Source: Pristiophorus japonicus (Eukaryota). From it: a stretch of 64,000 bases of DNA. Under the pieces are notes generated by a model. That model saw only the letters and a program-made list of their open reading frames with translations, ran no database searches and had not been told where the DNA came from. Position numbers and translations under genes: made by a program. Location: contig NC_091999.1 in assembly GCF_044704955.1 (NCBI RefSeq), positions 28,520,001-28,584,000 on the forward strand, written 5' to 3'. Each line of letters opens with the position of its first letter. Position 1 is the first letter of the stretch. Positions 61,701 to 64,000 of this stretch are shown here, in pieces.

Positions 61701-64000
61701 TATCCTCCAGAGGCAGTCTCATCTGTAGATAAGTTGCATTATGATGATGTACCAGAACCAACGTTTAGCACTGATACATGTGTTCCTCGGTGGAATCAAG
61801 CAAAAGTTATGTTCTAGTGTGGGGGAGCGGGTTGAACCCACAGTCATATACGTGACAGTAGTAGTCACACAATACTGTCCTTTTCCTTTATACACGGAAT
61901 TAGTTTGGCCTTCGCCCCATTTACTTATTTCAATCTGGCATTCTGCAGATTCTTTGTCGAGGGTGAACCCACAAGCTGGAACATCTACAAACCCATGTTG
62001 TCCCTTTCAGAGTACAACACTGCATATCTGGTGCTATCGAAGTTCCTCCCTTCTTAATCAGATATCTTGGATATTCTTCATACTGTTTATGGATCGGACC
62101 TAACTCTGTTTTCCACGCTTGCAAACGGTTCTACCCTATACACCGTCCAAGGTTCCGTTTCATTTCCATTTTTCCTTGGCAAAGGCAAGGCCAATCCCAT
62201 TGGTCTAATACCTTCACTTCTTTCTCCATCCCTCAGGACCAAAATCCCCATTCCTATTGGCTGCATCACATCAAAGCCTATGACTTGGTTCCCCTAAACC
62301 ATGTTCTCAGTTGTTCTTCATGAATAAACAAAGGGATTTGATTACTCTCTCTTGTCCAGTCCCTTCTGTACCACATTCATCATAAATGTCACAGAGGCTA
62401 CACACAATACCACCAGTAAGCCACATCGTGTTCCCATTCATTTTCTATATCTATTCTGTTTATTCCTGCTAACCTTGCTGTGGCTCCTATTCTGAGCTAT
62501 CCTGTCAGCTCTCACTTTCCTTGCGATTTAAACTGATTCTCCTTGTGTTCCCCATCTTCCTCATCCCTTGGTTCCTGTTTTTTACTCCTTACTAACACAT
62601 CCTTTACTAATTCTCTTCCCATTTTGTCTATTAATTGTGAATATCACCCTTCACATAATCTAGTTGATAGATTCAAGCTCATGTTTAAAACTTCTGATTT
62701 CAATTAACAATTTAAAAACACACATTGTTATATAATACATTTCGTGATTCAGTTACTTCTAGTCCATTAGTTCTTTTACTGGATGGGACAGGTAGAGCTC
62801 TTTTTGTGAGGTGGAATGTCATTTTATTTAAGTCACACATATGATGATCACTTTCAGCGTTTGTACTTGGCAAACCAAACATTACTAATCAACATACGAC
62901 ATTTCTTACTTTAAAATAACCTGTCGTTATTACCTTTTAAGTTTGTATTAAAGTATTTTATACTTATTACTTATTGTCCTGGTGTGCTACTAACTCTTTA
63001 AGGGAACACTATTAATTTAGTGTTTGGGGTCAGGATGTGTCCCAACCCACCTGGTTCAGGAAAGTTTTCCTGGTCTCCCAATCTTCCCAAGGAGCACGCT
63101 TTAGGGTTCTTTCTCTATTACCACCAAAATTATGCTTTTGAGGGTCGAAATTTCGGTTTATCACGGAATCCAAAACTGACCCTTTTGAGGTGCTCTGCTT
63201 CCTCCTGGAGATCGCCTCTCACTTGGATCCATGTTGTGTGATGGAGCCTGTAAGATCTGGCCTCCTTATCTCCCACCTGCAGCTTGTAGCTGATCTGTAC
63301 ACAGCCATGGCCACCTTGTCCAGATAGAGACATGCTGAATTTTTTTGTTTTTAGCCTCTCTACAAGCTTTCTTTGTTCAGTACTTAGTGGAGGCCTTGAA
63401 ACTGATGACCATTCTAGCTGCAACGAAATCCTAATTTGATCAGCATTCTCACGACTATTAATTGTAATGTTTCTGACAGGTAGCAGTGTGTTTAACTCTA
63501 TCCTGATTATTTCAAAGTCGGTTTATCTATGGAGAATGTGTCATGGCCTTGATGGTTTAAAAATTCTCTCACACTCCTGAGCCACATTCGACATTTCATG
63601 TTGTGCTGTTGTCAATAACTGAGCATGCCTGAGACTCGTTCACACACACACGCAGCGGTATCCCAATATCATGCCACATGTGACATCTGATCCAAGCCAT
63701 TTGAGGTGATCTTATTAAAAGATCGTGGGGTGTCTGAAGATCTTTGCTCATCTCCCTCTCCATGGTTCCGATGTCCCAGGTAGTAGCCAGGCGATCAAAT
63801 TCAGTTTTCTTATTGTTCAGTATAGGCAATGACACAAACATGTCAGAGAAATATTAGCTATTTCCTACACTTCCCTGACTTAAACAAGAATTTACATTAA
63901 CACCAGATTGTACGCAGGTGATTTATGACAATTTGCCCAGGAACAATGAGTGAAGAAACATTTCTATTTGTAGGTGTAACTTTCCTGTTTTCCTCTTTTA

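Overview
Repeat-rich vertebrate genomic DNA, almost certainly from a cartilaginous fish (shark-type). The core is one complete, apparently intact + strand IgM heavy-chain mini-cluster at about 14.6-31.5 kb: leader, VH, a single D, JH, Cmu1-Cmu4 with secretory tailpiece, TM1 and TM2. All exons are open and the splice phases are compatible. Its RSS layout is V(23)-(12)D(22)-(12)J rather than the usual shark V-D1-D2-J, which suggests a germline D2-J join. Downstream lie an orphan CCAAT/NRF1/YY1 promoter-like module and a decayed class III (ERV-L/ERV-S-like) provirus at 35.0-41.6 kb. The provirus has a tRNA-Ser PBS, an env remnant, an inverted gag copy inside its 5' LTR and non-matching flanks. 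Further right are a Gypsy RT fragment, two divergently oriented C2H2 zinc-finger pseudogenes and a near-full-length CR1 LINE. The rest is CR1/RTE/DeuSINE fragments and minisatellites. There is one N gap (12896-13041). Most long ORFs in the track are repeat artefacts. Repeat boundaries were read by eye and are approximate.
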